Under the pieces are notes generated by a model that saw only the letters and a program-made list of their open reading frames with translations, was not told the DNA's origin and searched no databases. This document shows positions 51,189 through 64,000 of a DNA stretch of 64,000 nt, in pieces. Origin of the DNA: Gnetum montanum (Eukaryota > Plantae > Gnetophyta); the NCBI GenBank assembly GCA_015680685.1, contig MNCI01001630.1, positions 1,004,975 to 1,068,974 on the forward strand, written 5' to 3'. The position numbers and the translations under genes are program-made. Position 1 is the stretch's first letter, and each line of letters opens with the position of its first letter.

Positions 51189-52499
51189 GACTAGATTAAG
51201 CTTTGATGATTTTTTTTGCTTTATTTTATTTTTTCAAATGTGTCAATCATGCAATGCATGAGAATTTTGTAAATACCACTCAAACAACTTTATGAAATTC
51301 ATAGTAGAGTTAGTCATGTATATAAGTCATAATGTCAAAGTCTATAAATGACTTGAAATTTTGTAAGAAGGGCTATCCTTATTTTGTTTTAACTCAAGGA
51401 TGAGTTTTTAGTCAGTCATGGGGCTATGATAAAACCTTTAAGTCATTTGGCTAAGATATCATATCTACAATATGGTAGCTTTGCATATGTCATCATAGAT
51501 GTGATGTAAGGGGTTATGGTCATGCCTATAAATAGCAATCCACTGTCATGTTGAAAGAAAAAACTTTCACCAACACTTAGTTAGATTCTTGTAGTTTGTT
51601 TCTGTAACTTAGACTTAGCAATAGAGTGAATGCCTATAGTGTGGTGTATAATAATTATATAGAATTTTTGTTCCAGTGGATTATTCTTGAACATAATTCA
51701 TGATAAAAAATAAAGATCAAGATTGTTTCTTACCATTGTAGCATTTCAGTTAGCTCATTTTTAATATTCTTAGAACATCTTAAAGATAAGAAATACAAGG
51801 AAGGTAGGGTGATGTATCATTATCATTTTCCTCAAAAATTTTATTCTTAATGATCTCTCATTAGTTGGAAGGCATCATGTCCATTTGACTCAAGGCCATT
51901 GAACTCAACATCATAATTCTTATGAATGAATGCATCAAAATCCTTACACATATCTTACCTAAGTACAATACTTATAATAGTTTTGGTTTTAAGTTGGACT
52001 TAATCTTGGAGGCTTGTCCTCATGTCCCACCATTCTTTTAATAATTTAATATCACCTCGGAATTCCTTAATTGTATCATCATAATGATTTAAATATACAA
52101 AAAATATTACATACAAATTTGAAATAATATTCATTATTATTAACCAATGGGATAGGGTTCCAAGCCTTGCTAATGCACAATGGAAACCCACCATTTCTAG
52201 ACAATTGAACTTTTTCATTTTCATAGTACCAATTATGCCCAATAATAATTTTATTTTTCAACACCCAAATTAGCATTATCATTTCCAATCACTAATGGTG
52301 ACATCAAGAGTAGTCTAGCACTTGTATCAATGTCAAACATTAATAGCAAACAAAATGAAAAAAATAATTCCAAGATTGTCAAGCATGAAAAATACTCTTT
52401 GTCTCACGCATATAAGACTCAACACAATCAATAGCATTATCTAATTCAAATGCATCACTTTCAACATCATAGAAAATATCATCACCATATTATGCATTC

Positions 52500-55290
52500 T
52501 ATTTAATTTTTGAAAACTTGGAATCATTAATGTAGAATGGAAATCATAATCATCAATCTCATCAAAAGTATACACTAATCTAAACATATGATTACCTTTA
52601 TTCATAGTTTAGCTATTATTTCTTCATTAAAGATAACCTTATTATTATAGTTCCATGGTCTACCAAAAATAAAATTAGCACAATCAATAGGTAACATATC
52701 ACAAAGAATTGTATAACAAAAATCTCCAATGAAATACTCAATAAAACATTGATTCTTAGCTTGCTTGTGATGGTTTTTCATCATCTAATATACTTTGTAT
52801 AGACTAAGATGAGAAAAGATATTTAAATGCAATAGCTTCACAACCATAATAGAGATCATATTTTCTTGTGATCCATCATCAATAAGTACATTTAAGGAAT
52901 AACCGTAAACATGAAAATGAATTCTAAATAAAATATTCCTTATAACATCTTCATTGGTAGTCACATTTGTTATACTCATTTTGGCTTTTTTTGCATAGGT
53001 TAGCATCCTAGGTACACTCTATGGCTTTTCAATTTAAAGCCATCTTTGGTAGTCTAGACTTAGCATCTTGCATCATCTACAATATACTTTCTAGATATTC
53101 ATCTTCAGCTTACTAAAAATGATGTTTCATGTCATTAGCAACATCATTTTGGTTGATCATTTGTGGCTCTTAGCTTTAGTGTTTGGTGTAAACTCTAGTA
53201 TTGATTTTTTCTTTAGTTATTCAATGTCCAATGTCAATCTTATTTTTGATGTCTAATCACAATTTTTGCTTTTGTAGAAATTTAGCTTATTCAACATTAG
53301 CTAGCTTTTCAACATTCGACATCAATCTTAATTTTCATGTCTAATGTCAATTCTCATGGCAATTATTTACATGCCAATTCTTCTATCTAGAGCCTTGTAA
53401 AATCCTTTGGAAGATTTTGTGGACCCCAATGCATTGTTCTTTCATGGTCTACAAGGTATTTAACCTATAAATAGGTGGATACCCCTAAATTGAAATGGTT
53501 TATCCTTAAAAAAATTGATTGTCATTTTTATTTAGTATTTTTACTTTTTAGATCTCAATGCCACTCAACGTAGTTAACTTGCTTTATGATTGATGATTTG
53601 GAAATCTTTCAAAAGGCTCTCTCTCTATAGAACAACATCTCTTCCTCTAGAGATATCAACTTCTCTAATTTCTCTTTCTTTTTTTCCTATTGGTGCATTT
53701 GTATACTCTTTGTGTTATGCTCGTAATACATGAAGAATTAGTTAGAATCAAGTCAATATACCAATAGGTTTCTATTCTCTAATTTTTCTTATACTATAGA
53801 TTTACCTATCGTAGTCATTTCTATTTTTGGCATTGTCCAAATTTGCTTTAGGTTTGTTTTTTGCATTTTCCATCTTGGATTTGATGCATTAATAAATTAT
53901 ATTTGTTTTATCTTGTATACTATTTTCCAAAAATTTTTATTGCCAGCCACACATCATGCTCTACTTTCTTTTAAGCTATGCTATACATATTTTTTAGTCT
54001 ATTTACTAACAACTAGTTCATGGATGCACACTATCTCTTTCTACTTAATATCTGCTAACATTTTTTGAAATTTTTTATCTTAGATTATTTGATTCTTCCA
54101 ACAATTTGCAAGTCCCCTTTCGATTTGAAGGAAATTAGTTGAAAAAGTAGTTTTCATGGACCATTTAAAGGCCACAAGATTGTGTTAGGTCTTAAATTAT
54201 GATGATCCTTACTAAAAAAAACATTATCAACAAAAGTATAGCGTTTCAACTTACTTTGCTTAATATTTTACAAAGGTTCATTCACATATACCTTTCTTTG
54301 CTATTGAAAGTCTTCTACTTTGGCCTAGTATGCTTCCATAGTTTATAGTCATATTCAATCCTTTCTTTAGTGATGTAGACTTCCACTTTTTCTTTTGTTT
54401 ATCTTCACTTTACTTCTTAGATAACTTCTTTGATTTTTGAGTTAGATTATCAAACTTATTCTTTTGATTTGTATATTTTCTTATTTCAAACTTTATTATT
54501 TTCATTTCAACTTTAAGAGTAAGATCATAAGCTTCATCAAGAGTTTTAGGATCATAAAATGTTAAATCTTGATGATAATATATTCTTAAACTACTAATAA
54601 AATTATACACTTATATTTAAGCCAATGAACATAAGCTTTTTGCAAAGTATTATAAAACTCAACATAATAATCTTTTACCTCTTTGTCTCCTTGCCTGAGA
54701 TATTTTAGCTTCTTGATGACCTCATGATGGAAGGATGTCTTCTTAAATTTTTTCTTCAACATGAATTTCATAAGTTGCCAATTCTGAATGGGTATATCAT
54801 GAATTATCTATCCTACCATTTAGTTGCTAATTCTTCATGCTTACTTTCAATAGTATGGATCATAGACTTATTATTAATTTTTTCAACAAGAAAATACTTA
54901 TTTGCAAATCTTAACCAAGAAAGAAAGAAATCTATACAATTAACATATTTGAAAATATAAATATTAACATGAGGAACTTTTAAATAACTTCTCAAAATCT
55001 TAGTAAGTATATCATCATTATTTTCTTCTAAATTTGCATGAATGGAAGGAAATCTTTATTCATACATTTGGATTCTAGTTTCTTCTCTTCTCAAGATCCT
55101 TGGAGAACTTCTTCTTGATCCCTATAAAAGTGTAATTGGATTCTTCTCTTTAATCTTCATTTTAGATCTTCTTGAAACCTCTTTAAAGTCTTGGTGTCTA
55201 CTAGCCAACAACTTGGGGATGGCCTCTTGCATTTTAGCTATAAAATCCTTGAAAGAATTATTAATTTCTTTAAGCTCTTTGTAACATCCT
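52500..55290 (-). mobile_element. Highly decayed gypsy gag-protease fragment, CRM/chromovirus-like
   Basis: Minus-strand LRQGDKEVKDYYVEF (gag), LFRIHFHVYGYSLNVLIDDGSQENMIS (protease) and ILCDMLPIDCANFIFGRPW. No LTRs recognised. Confidence 0.7.
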
Positions 55291-58125
55291 ATTTCTAATT
55301 ATGAAGCGAATTTGTATTACAACATGTAAACTATGTAATTAACCTTTAGATGAAGGGATGCCTCATTTTGAGGAGTTGTAATCATTCATGGTACCCTTTG
55401 GGGGTCTGACTTATGACATTTGTTGATCTCAACATTCTCATGTTTAGTACAAGATCATGACCTGATAGGGATAGGTGTTTTCTATAATTAGGTCCTAGGA
55501 TCATATTTTCCTTGGTTATTAACTCTAAGAAGTACAACTTTCATGTCAACTAAGAGAGGGTGTAGTTGAGAACCAAACATTGAATAGAATTGTTCTCTCT
55601 AATGTCATTGTCATGTTCATCATTTTGAAGAATTAGCTAATATATAGTCATAAATAATGCTTCCCTTTTAAAGTTAATTTTAGGTTAGGTTTTAGGCATA
55701 TAATTGATAAAGTAGTTTATGCATAGTTCATTTGAGAGTATTGTTAAGCTATCTTTTATTCATGCATGTGGTTTTAATTATTTTTATATACAATGATTTA
55801 ACCTTGGAAACTTAAGTAATTAATATGAAGTTAAGAAAATAATAAAGATGGTAAACATTATTATTAGGAGCATGTGTGTCTCCATAGTAGTATTATCCCA
55901 ATGAAAGCAATGACCAACCTATCTAACTATGATTTTGTTTTCTTTTTTAAATGATAAGTATTGAGGCCATTATTAAAAGATCCTAATCATGATGAAATCC
56001 ATTTTTAATTATGTCTAGGAGATGCTATTTAAGAAACATCAAAATTAGTAGGTTACGACTGACTGTTTCTATGCATGTAGGATAGATTTTCATAGAAAAA
56101 GTAGATTGCATGTAAGGCCTACATGCATGATAGATTTCATGGAAAGAGCATATTACAAGCATCGAGTAAAGTGCATATTTCATGGTAGCAGGTAAGTATT
56201 AGGTGTGGAACAAACAAATGAAAATTTCCAAGGAATTCTAATGCTTGGCAAAGGAGTTACTAGTTCACATCGTCTTCTGTAGAGGGCATAGGCAACTTCA
56301 ACATGTAAGCACAACAAGCTACTCTTGTTACTGAGATGCCTCATTAGTTATTATTGCTCTTGAAAATTATTTTCTATCATCTATTAGGAGTAGAAAAATG
56401 AAATACCTTCAAAAGAACATTTGGATCTCTCTCAAAAGGTTGGTTGAGAATAAGTAGCAATAATGGAGACAAGTCTCATGTGTTTCTTATGATCTTCAGA
56501 GCTTCATAACTAGATGTCATAGTAGCATGGACTATATGTGTAAGGGCCAAGGCCAAGTGTTTGAGTTGTAGAGTAGAGCTTAGGGATTTGCATGGATAAA
56601 AATGGGTGGTGGAGGAAAAATGAGTCTATGAGTTTCCATGGATGTGATGCCCCTAGGGAAGACCAATGAAAGAGTATGGAATCAAGCACCTAGTGAAAAA
56701 CATCCTTTACACTAGGCCAACTAAAAAATAGTGATTTAAAAGCATTCTTGTAAAATATCATTGCATTGGATTTCTTAATTTTAGGCCTACTATGTTGATT
56801 CTCCTACTTCTTCTACTTAGTACCATGATGGTCTCATGTGATTTCCTAGGCAACATACATTATGGCTCATGGTGGTTTAATGGGTTTGTGATAACCATCA
56901 TGTTTCTATAGGACATGATAAAAGTGTGGCTCATCACCTCTATTACTATGCTTGGTCTAGCTGTTGTTTCTGAATTTTCCTTTGTAGTCTATGCCACATG
57001 AGTTGCAAAATTGAGACTTGAATTTTACTACAAACTAGCGTTTGATTGGTTAGCTCAAGTTCCAATTGCCAATAATGGAATTGAGCATTTAATTTTGTAA
57101 ACTATCATTGGATTTAAAAGCATCATATCCAAGATGGAGAAATTTGTAGAGATGTTGATATTGATTATAATAACTATCATGTTGACTAGGACTTGGTGTT
57201 GGTATTTCCAAAAAAAACCAAATTAGAAATCTCACTTCAGATGCTTCCTCAAAGAAATCGTTTGTAAAATTATTGATAGTATCTTGATCATAAGTTCAGC
57301 TATAATTTTCTTATTTTCTATAGCTATATGTGTTAACAAGGTTATATATGTTAATCTTGTTGTTATAGATGCTACAAGAATTGTAGCTTTTCTTGCCATC
57401 CTACTTTTCACTATTTCTTGATACACAAAGATTAAACTCTACAATAGGCCATGAGTTTTGTGTTAAGAGGACATGTAATTTAGTATACTTCCAATGCCTT
57501 TTTTTATGTGGTATAATTATAATTTCTAAATACTAAATTTAGGATTTTTTTCTTCTACTCTGTCTTGAGGATCAAACATATTATGGTTATTTATAGGATG
57601 GGAAATTATATCATACTTCTTTTGTTTTGTATGTCATCATTAGCATTGATAATAAGAAAGATATAATAATAATAAAAGGTATTCATCATCATTACCATAT
57701 TTGCATGAAATGATACATTTGAGTTATTTTAGCATTGTGATGCTTTTCGAAAACATTTGTGATTAATTTTTATGAAATTTTAGTAATATTTAATAATACA
57801 TATTGTTTATTTATTGTTATTTTAAAAAATATATTCTAAAACATTTTAGATTTTTGGTAATGATTGACTAGGCTTTTAATTTTCTCTCTTCCCCTTTAAA
57901 TGAGCATTAATACTTAGACAAACTTGTTTGGTTGCATATGTAGGTACAAAAACAAGATGGAGAGAATAAATAGTCAATGAAGATGAATGGGTAGGAAGGA
58001 AAAATCTCCAAAAGATAGAAAGAAAAAGATCAAGAAGGGGAATCAAAAAGTGATGGTGAGAAGGAAAAATCAATGAAAGACTAGGATCTTCCAAAACTTC
58101 TAAAATTCCATTTGTTAAGCCTAAT

Positions 58126-61100
58126 TAATGAGTGGCGAGGTATCCCTACACTCAACCATATGAATATGAGCGTTTCACGCACGATCTGGTCGAACTCCAT
58201 AGATGGACTAGTTATGGTATCTAGATAGTTACTTGTAGGTCGCATTTTGCTATCTTCCCACCTGGACTAGTATCAACTGTGTCACGTATGGTTTAGTCCA
58301 GAGTGAGGTGTATGATGTGTTCCTACACTAATGCTACTCCTGGGTATGATGGGAAATAATATTAACTAAGCTAAGAGAGAGAGGGTGAGAGAGAATCTAA
58401 GCTAGCCTAAGTGCGATGAGCATACATTTCTTAATCATCCGTACACATCTTGGACCTCATGCACAACTATTGCTAGGATTACCAAGCTTATGGCCTTGGT
58501 ACGCTACTAGGCTACCAAGTAGTCACACTTAAATTCTCGTGATTAAGTCGTACTCATTCCATGTTACTAGGAGATAAGGGTAGAGAGATAGTAATTAAGA
58601 AAGTAGTAAATAAAAATAACAATTAAATAAAAAATTAAGCTAAGTGGATGCTGCAATGATGAAGTAATCTCGATTTTTATTGCCGATCATGTGTGTGTCC
58701 AAGTATGTCACACTCAATTAAGGATGTCGTACAATTACAATCATCACATTGTGGGCATGCAGTGGGAAATAATTCTAACTCTAAGAAGGAAAAACTGCAA
58801 GAGTTTGGATAAGGGACTAAGAACTAATTCCAAAACCAAGTGTGCCACCTTTTATTTATAGGCTCACACAGGAATCACGATATTGTGTACGCGATATCGC
58901 ATGCAGGCCACGATATTGCGTACGTGATATCGCATACGCGATATTGCGGCTACGATATCAAGGGTTTGATAATAGGGGTCCGATATCGGGACCTATCAGA
59001 CTTGGTACCTATCAAACTTGGTTTCTTGTATCAAGGTTCCGATAACAAAGGTCTGATAACAGGGGTCTGATAACAGGACCTGACAGACCATGAGTCATCA
59101 TACCCCCATGACTGAATAACAACTCGTCCTTGAGTCAAAGAAAGTGAGGAGCAAGTTCAATTGATTACATAGTGGATAGGTATGGGATTATTGACTAAAT
59201 AGAAATTTATTTATGCTTTAGTGGAGAATTAAACAAAATTTGGACACAGACACAAAAGACAAAACTTGTGGAACTCATGGGGTTCTCGGTAGTGGTGGCT
59301 CCTCTATGGGTGCCTCTGCTTTATCCTGCACAATCAGGCTTCTGAGATTGATATTGTTAACAAAGTTCTTGACGTTTCTCCTCTTCTATCCAAGGATTAT
59401 GAGCCATCCATGCTGATGTTCCAATTTTGATGAAGTTGGCACTTTCCATGAACATGGCAGTTGCGGGAACACTTGATTGGCCTTGACATGTTATGCTACA
59501 AATAGTCATCATTCCGCTTCATAGGATTGGACCCTGACCTCTCCATATTTTTCTTGGATAGATTATGCAATAACAAGAGTTCCATGATGGATGCTGAGTG
59601 ATTGTGCCTCATGCTCTATATGTTTTGCATGAAGTCCTTGGCCTCTACCTCCGCCTAGTCGTTCAGTTACACCTTAAGAAGGTCCTCCTTCTTGTCTTCA
59701 TTTAGGAGCCATCTATAATCACACAAAGATCAATTGTTAGTAAGGTTATTAAAAAATTTTCAATGATTTTATACCTTACTCATTGCCTTTAATAAATGTT
59801 GAATTCTTTTTTTAGTGTAATTTTAGAGTTAGAAATTTTTTTTCAAGGAAGTTGTCCTAAAAGTTTAATGTTGGACCTGGTTTGTTTAGGTGACACATAA
59901 AAGGACCTGGTTTTGAGGAATGTTTGATAAAATGATGGCAAAGGAAAGAATAGATTTGGCAATGAAGTACTTAGAGGGTATAAGATGATGTGGTGGTATG
60001 CAACAAGTAAAAATTGCAAAAGTCACGCAAGTGGATCCTCCCCAAAGCAGGCTCCAACCTATAATGCCCTTGCATAACCACACCTTGAAATGTTTGTAGG
60101 TACTAGAAGGGTTAAATGTAATCCATACCAGTTTCACAAAACACACACATGTAGATACCACTAGAATGAGGTAAGAAGTCTATGCTATATGAGACATGAG
60201 CTACAATTACATGAACAGTGAGATAAGACAGACTATAGAAAGGATTGTAGAGATTGGGACATGAGGTAACTAACCCAAGGCATAGTGAATCCTGCATGTA
60301 AAGCATGAATAATGTGTCATTAACCTATCATTCCAAGATTAGGACCAAGTACATTCCTCTGATCAATGAAACTGCATTGTTTCATCCCATGATGAGCAAC
60401 TATGAGCATACCAGAACAACAAGGCATATGATCACTTGGCATTTTTTCAAGGGAGGGGTGATTTTTGCTTTGTGGCACTTCCTTTTTTTCTCTTTCTTTC
60501 TTTTTCGATTGCTAAATCTAGAGAAGCCGCCAACCTTCAAGCATGAGTGCATGTCTTTCTAGTGGGACCCCCTAGAACAGCATTGGATTTTTAAGTGCCC
60601 TTTGATTACTCTTACTCCCATTTTGCATAGATCTACAAAGATCTTAGTACAACCATATTGCATGATAACTCTCATAGATGTTACCAAAGAGAATCCGCAA
60701 GTCCCCTTGATGTCACACCCTAATTGTTTCCTCTTGATACATCCTTCTTCCTTCTTCATTCTGTGTACAATAAACAAAAAATTAATTTTAAGTTTTAAGA
60801 ATGTTAAGAATATCATTGTACCCTTGAACAGAACCTCTTATTTGTAAAATGGATGAGTGGGTGTAATGGGCTCACTATCCAAATAATTGATCGTTCGAGA
60901 CTTGATAACATAGAACACACCTCAACCAATGAGCCACATGAATTAATTATTCATAGATAAGATTACTTGTAAAAAGATAAAAAGACAAAAAGATAAAACN
61001 CTTATTCATAGATAAGATTACTTGTAAAAAGATAAAAAGACAAAAAGATAAACAAGAAATTAAAAGATGAAAAACTAGAAAACAAAAACTGTAAAATTAA

Positions 61101-63633
61101 AGAAAATGAAAAATATTTATTAATCCCACTTGTTATCAAAATGGGGGATATCCCCCATAACTTAATGGTTGAGCATGGAAAGGATTAATAAATGAAATAT
61201 TAGGATCCCTACATGTTGGAAACATTGAAACTTGGTCATACTTACCCCATTGGGGTTCACACACTTGATTATAGTAAACATAGTGTGGCAATTTATAAGA
61301 TGTGGTTCCTGAATAAAGAGTTGACCCACTATGATACTTGGGACCATAAGATGATATGTAAGGATCAGGATGTCGCTCTCCATGGCTATATTCATTGGGC
61401 CATATGGTTTTTTGAGTGTTAATTGGTGGCCTTGATGAAGTAACATGAGGCGTTGGGTTTGAAGAGAAGGATGCACCACAGTGTTGGGCTTGTGCTGAGT
61501 TGGAGAATGCAGTGGCCTTGGAATTGTGTTTTCCCTTCATACAGTCATGTCTAAAGAAGAGACGCCTTTGATGTTGAGGAGGTCTCTCACTACTATTGGA
61601 AATAGTAGCACAAGTAACATTTGTGGGTTGTTGTTGTGGTGTAAACACTGTAGGAACAGTTGGTGGTGATGTAGAAGGAGGGAAAGGATGAGAATGTTGA
61701 AAGTTAGGAGAGGTGTGAGGTACACAAGGTGGTGGTTGTGTTAAGGACATGGGCTAATAGTACTGATGAGAATCATAATGTGGTATGTTGACCTAGTTGG
61801 GGAGACAACATGTTGGACTAGGTAAGCATTTGGATTTGGATGATATGAAGGATGTCTCCAGTTTAGGGATGGCTTCCCCCACGACTGGGATTGTTGCCAC
61901 TGTCATCGAACACAGTATCTCTGTATGAACTCTGGGTGTAACATGTTTCCACAATGCTCATATAAATGTAACAAGATTTGGCATTGGCCCTTGGGGTGAT
62001 CGTATAGGCAAATGTTGCATTCATACGTATGATCCATAGTTAAGCTCTTATTTTCCTCATCCCTTCTTTTTGAATGTCTAATGATATTTCTTCTTGCTTC
62101 TTGGGTTGTCAAAACTCTATCTTCAATAATATTGATATATTCTTCACACTTTTTATGCATCCATTCTAGAACCTTATTGATCTTTGCCTTAACTTCTTCT
62201 AATGATTGTTGTACTGGAAAAGATGGTTCTTCCTCCTTGAGATAGGTTGATTTTTCTTTTTTATGATTATGGACCTTTGTTAAGTTGAGATTCTGGTCCC
62301 ATTGATATTTTTCAACACTCTCCCATATAGCCATTTCTCCTTCTTCTTTTGCTACTTGCTTAATAAGATCTTGGACTTGATGGGTTCATAGTTCGTACAG
62401 TAGACCTTGGGCATACATTCCTAGGGTCTCTCTTGTTTCATCATGAAGCCCATCAATGATATGGTACATTAGCCTTTCTTTGGAGAACTCATGCAATGCA
62501 TAATATCTTTCTAAGGCCATGTCCAAGGGTTCATGTTGTGCTTGTTTCCATTGTTGGATTTGTTTCCTCAAGGCCAACACTCTTGCGTAGGTTTGATATC
62601 TTTCGTTAAAGAGTTCTACCATTATTGGCCAATGTTGTATTGAATTTGGTTTTAATGATCTATACCATACTTTTGCTTGGCCAACAAGTGTCATACGAAA
62701 GAGCTTGATTTTTTTCCAACTGTTATCAATGTTGTTCCATGCACAAGCATTGTAGAAGTCTTATAAATGTTTTTGCAAGTCTAATTCATAGCCTCCTGAG
62801 AAATTGGAAAAGCTTTTTAAATCGAGNATTGGTTCTTCAATGAATTTCCTCACTAGATGTGGCATTATCGTAGTCTTGTAGGAGAGGCATGATTGTGAAA
62901 TTGTATGTGAATTTGTATGTGACTTTTTGTAATTACTTCTTCCTAAAATATATATCATTAATTCCTATACAATGACCTTGTATGATATAACTAATCTAGA
63001 TAACTAGCACCGTCCCCAGCAACGGCACCAATGATGAGTGGCGAGGTACCCCTACACTCAATCATATGAATATGAGCATTTCACACACGATCTGGTCAAA
63101 CTCCACTGATGGACTAGTTATAATATCCAGATAGTTACTTGTAGGTTGTAGTTCGCTGTCTTCCCACCTGGACTAGTATTAACTGTGTCACATATGGTTT
63201 AGTCCAGAGTGAGGTGTATGATGTGTTCCTACACTAATGCTACTCCTGGGTATGATGGGAAATAATATTAACTAAGCTAAGAGAGAGAGGGTGAGAGAGA
63301 ATATAAGCTAGCCTAAGTATGATGAGCATCCATTCCTTAATCATCCATACACATCTTGGACCTTGTGCATGACTACTGCTGGGATTACCAAGCATATGGC
63401 CTCGGTACACTACTAGGCTACCAAGTAGTCACGCTTAAATGCTTGTGATTAAGTCGTACTCATTCCGTGTTGCTAGGAGATAAGGGTAGAGAGATATTAA
63501 TTAAGAAATTAGTAAATAAAAATAATAATTAAATAAAAAATTAAGCTAAGTGGATGTTGTAATGATGAAGTGATCTCGATCTTTATTGCTGGTCATGTGT
63601 GTGTCCAAGTATGTCACACTCAAATAAGGATGT
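58126..63633 (-). mobile_element. Non-autonomous gag-only Athila-like element: 3' LTR 58126-59100, gag ~62890-61136, PBS 63013-63030, 5' LTR from 63032 (interrupted)
   Basis: The two LTRs are highly similar. PBS TGGTGCCGTTGCTGGGGA on the minus strand; gag with CNICLYDHPKGQC and a Pro-rich tail; PPT-like CATGGGGGTA next to the LTR; no RT or INT motifs between gag and the 3' LTR. Confidence 0.88.
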
Positions 63634-64000
63634 TGATGAGTGGCGAGGTACCCCTACACTCCACCATACGAATACGAGTGTACACGCGCGATCCGGTTGA
63701 ACTCCGCAGACTAAATGCCTTAACTCCACAAGAAACACTTGGGGTTAATCGTTCGTTGTCTTCCCAGGCTTGCTTGTATGTGTCACGGTGTATGGTTAAG
63801 CAAGTATGAGGTATGTGATTTTTTTGGTATTTTCGGCTTATCTTCTATGCTACCAGGAGGAAAGAGTTGAGAAACTAAACTAACTCCAACTAAGATCTAA
63901 GTCTAAATTAACTAGCGTCAGCATCCGTTCCCACTTGCCAGACACACCCTGAACGATGCAACTGTGGCTTACCAAATGCTAGCCGTTACTGGGATCGCCA
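63634..64000 (-). mobile_element. 3' end of a related, younger-looking Athila-type LTR nested in the previous element's 5' LTR (runs off the window)
   Basis: LTR terminus TGATGAGTGGCGAGGTACCCCTACACTC restarts at 63634. The sequence is diverged from the host LTR and retains more CpG. Confidence 0.8.

Larger units (their letters stand above)
35938..51780 (+). mobile_element. Decayed Athila-like element lacking its 5' end: gag (split by an insertion), pol, two accessory ORFs, PPT and partial 3' LTR from 51427
   Basis: gag homologous to 11275-12873; RT (WVSPLII, MPFGLFNA, VFMDDLS ~41280), RH (EKELMVVVYALEKF), integrase (RFGVPHALISNNGTHF, QANGQV, WKGPY). Terminal signature ACTCAAGGATGAGT...AGTCATGGGGCTA|TGAT at ~51392-51430, shared with the minus-strand copy. 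Confidence 0.85.

Noticed and set aside
55300-58120. AT-rich region with hydrophobic ORF fragments
   Set aside because: No recognisable motif or consistent exon structure.
60946-61052. Exact ~50-bp direct duplication
   Set aside because: Straddles an N at 61000; likely an assembly overlap artefact.
62815-62840. Apparent internal deletion in the minus-strand gag
   Set aside because: The breakpoint coincides with an N at 62827, so it is probably an assembly gap.

Overview
Plant nuclear DNA. It holds one intact host gene, a 7-exon plasma-membrane-type inositol transporter (INT2-like, CDS 5525-8531, 591 aa). A 5'-truncated, intron-retaining pseudogene copy follows (~12898-14930). The rest is a nest of decayed retroelements: a Copia/SIRE-like 3' end, L1 and RTE LINE fragments, several Athila-like Ty3/gypsy copies (tRNA-Asp PBS), a ~20 kb Tat-lineage element (tRNA-Asn PBS, extra archaeal-type RNase H) and a CRM-like gag-protease relic. 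The most unusual signal is in the Tat element. It carries three sense-strand clusters (about 15 copies) of a short hairpin followed by (T/A)AAACT. These closely resemble the plant-virus 'coremin'/Box-1 exoribonuclease-resistant RNA motif (GUCCGAAGACGUUAAACUAC) and show compensatory stem changes. They sit just after the gag-protease stop, just before the RT ORF and just after the integrase stop. The same element has a ~6 kb protease-RT spacer (candidate intron) holding a spliced antisense gene. Other oddities are a TSD-flanked insertion bounded by two inverted LTR 5' ends, an in-frame duplication of aRH plus the integrase zinc finger, and two tandem paralogous accessory ORFs in an Athila copy. 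All alignments were made by eye and no database searches were run.
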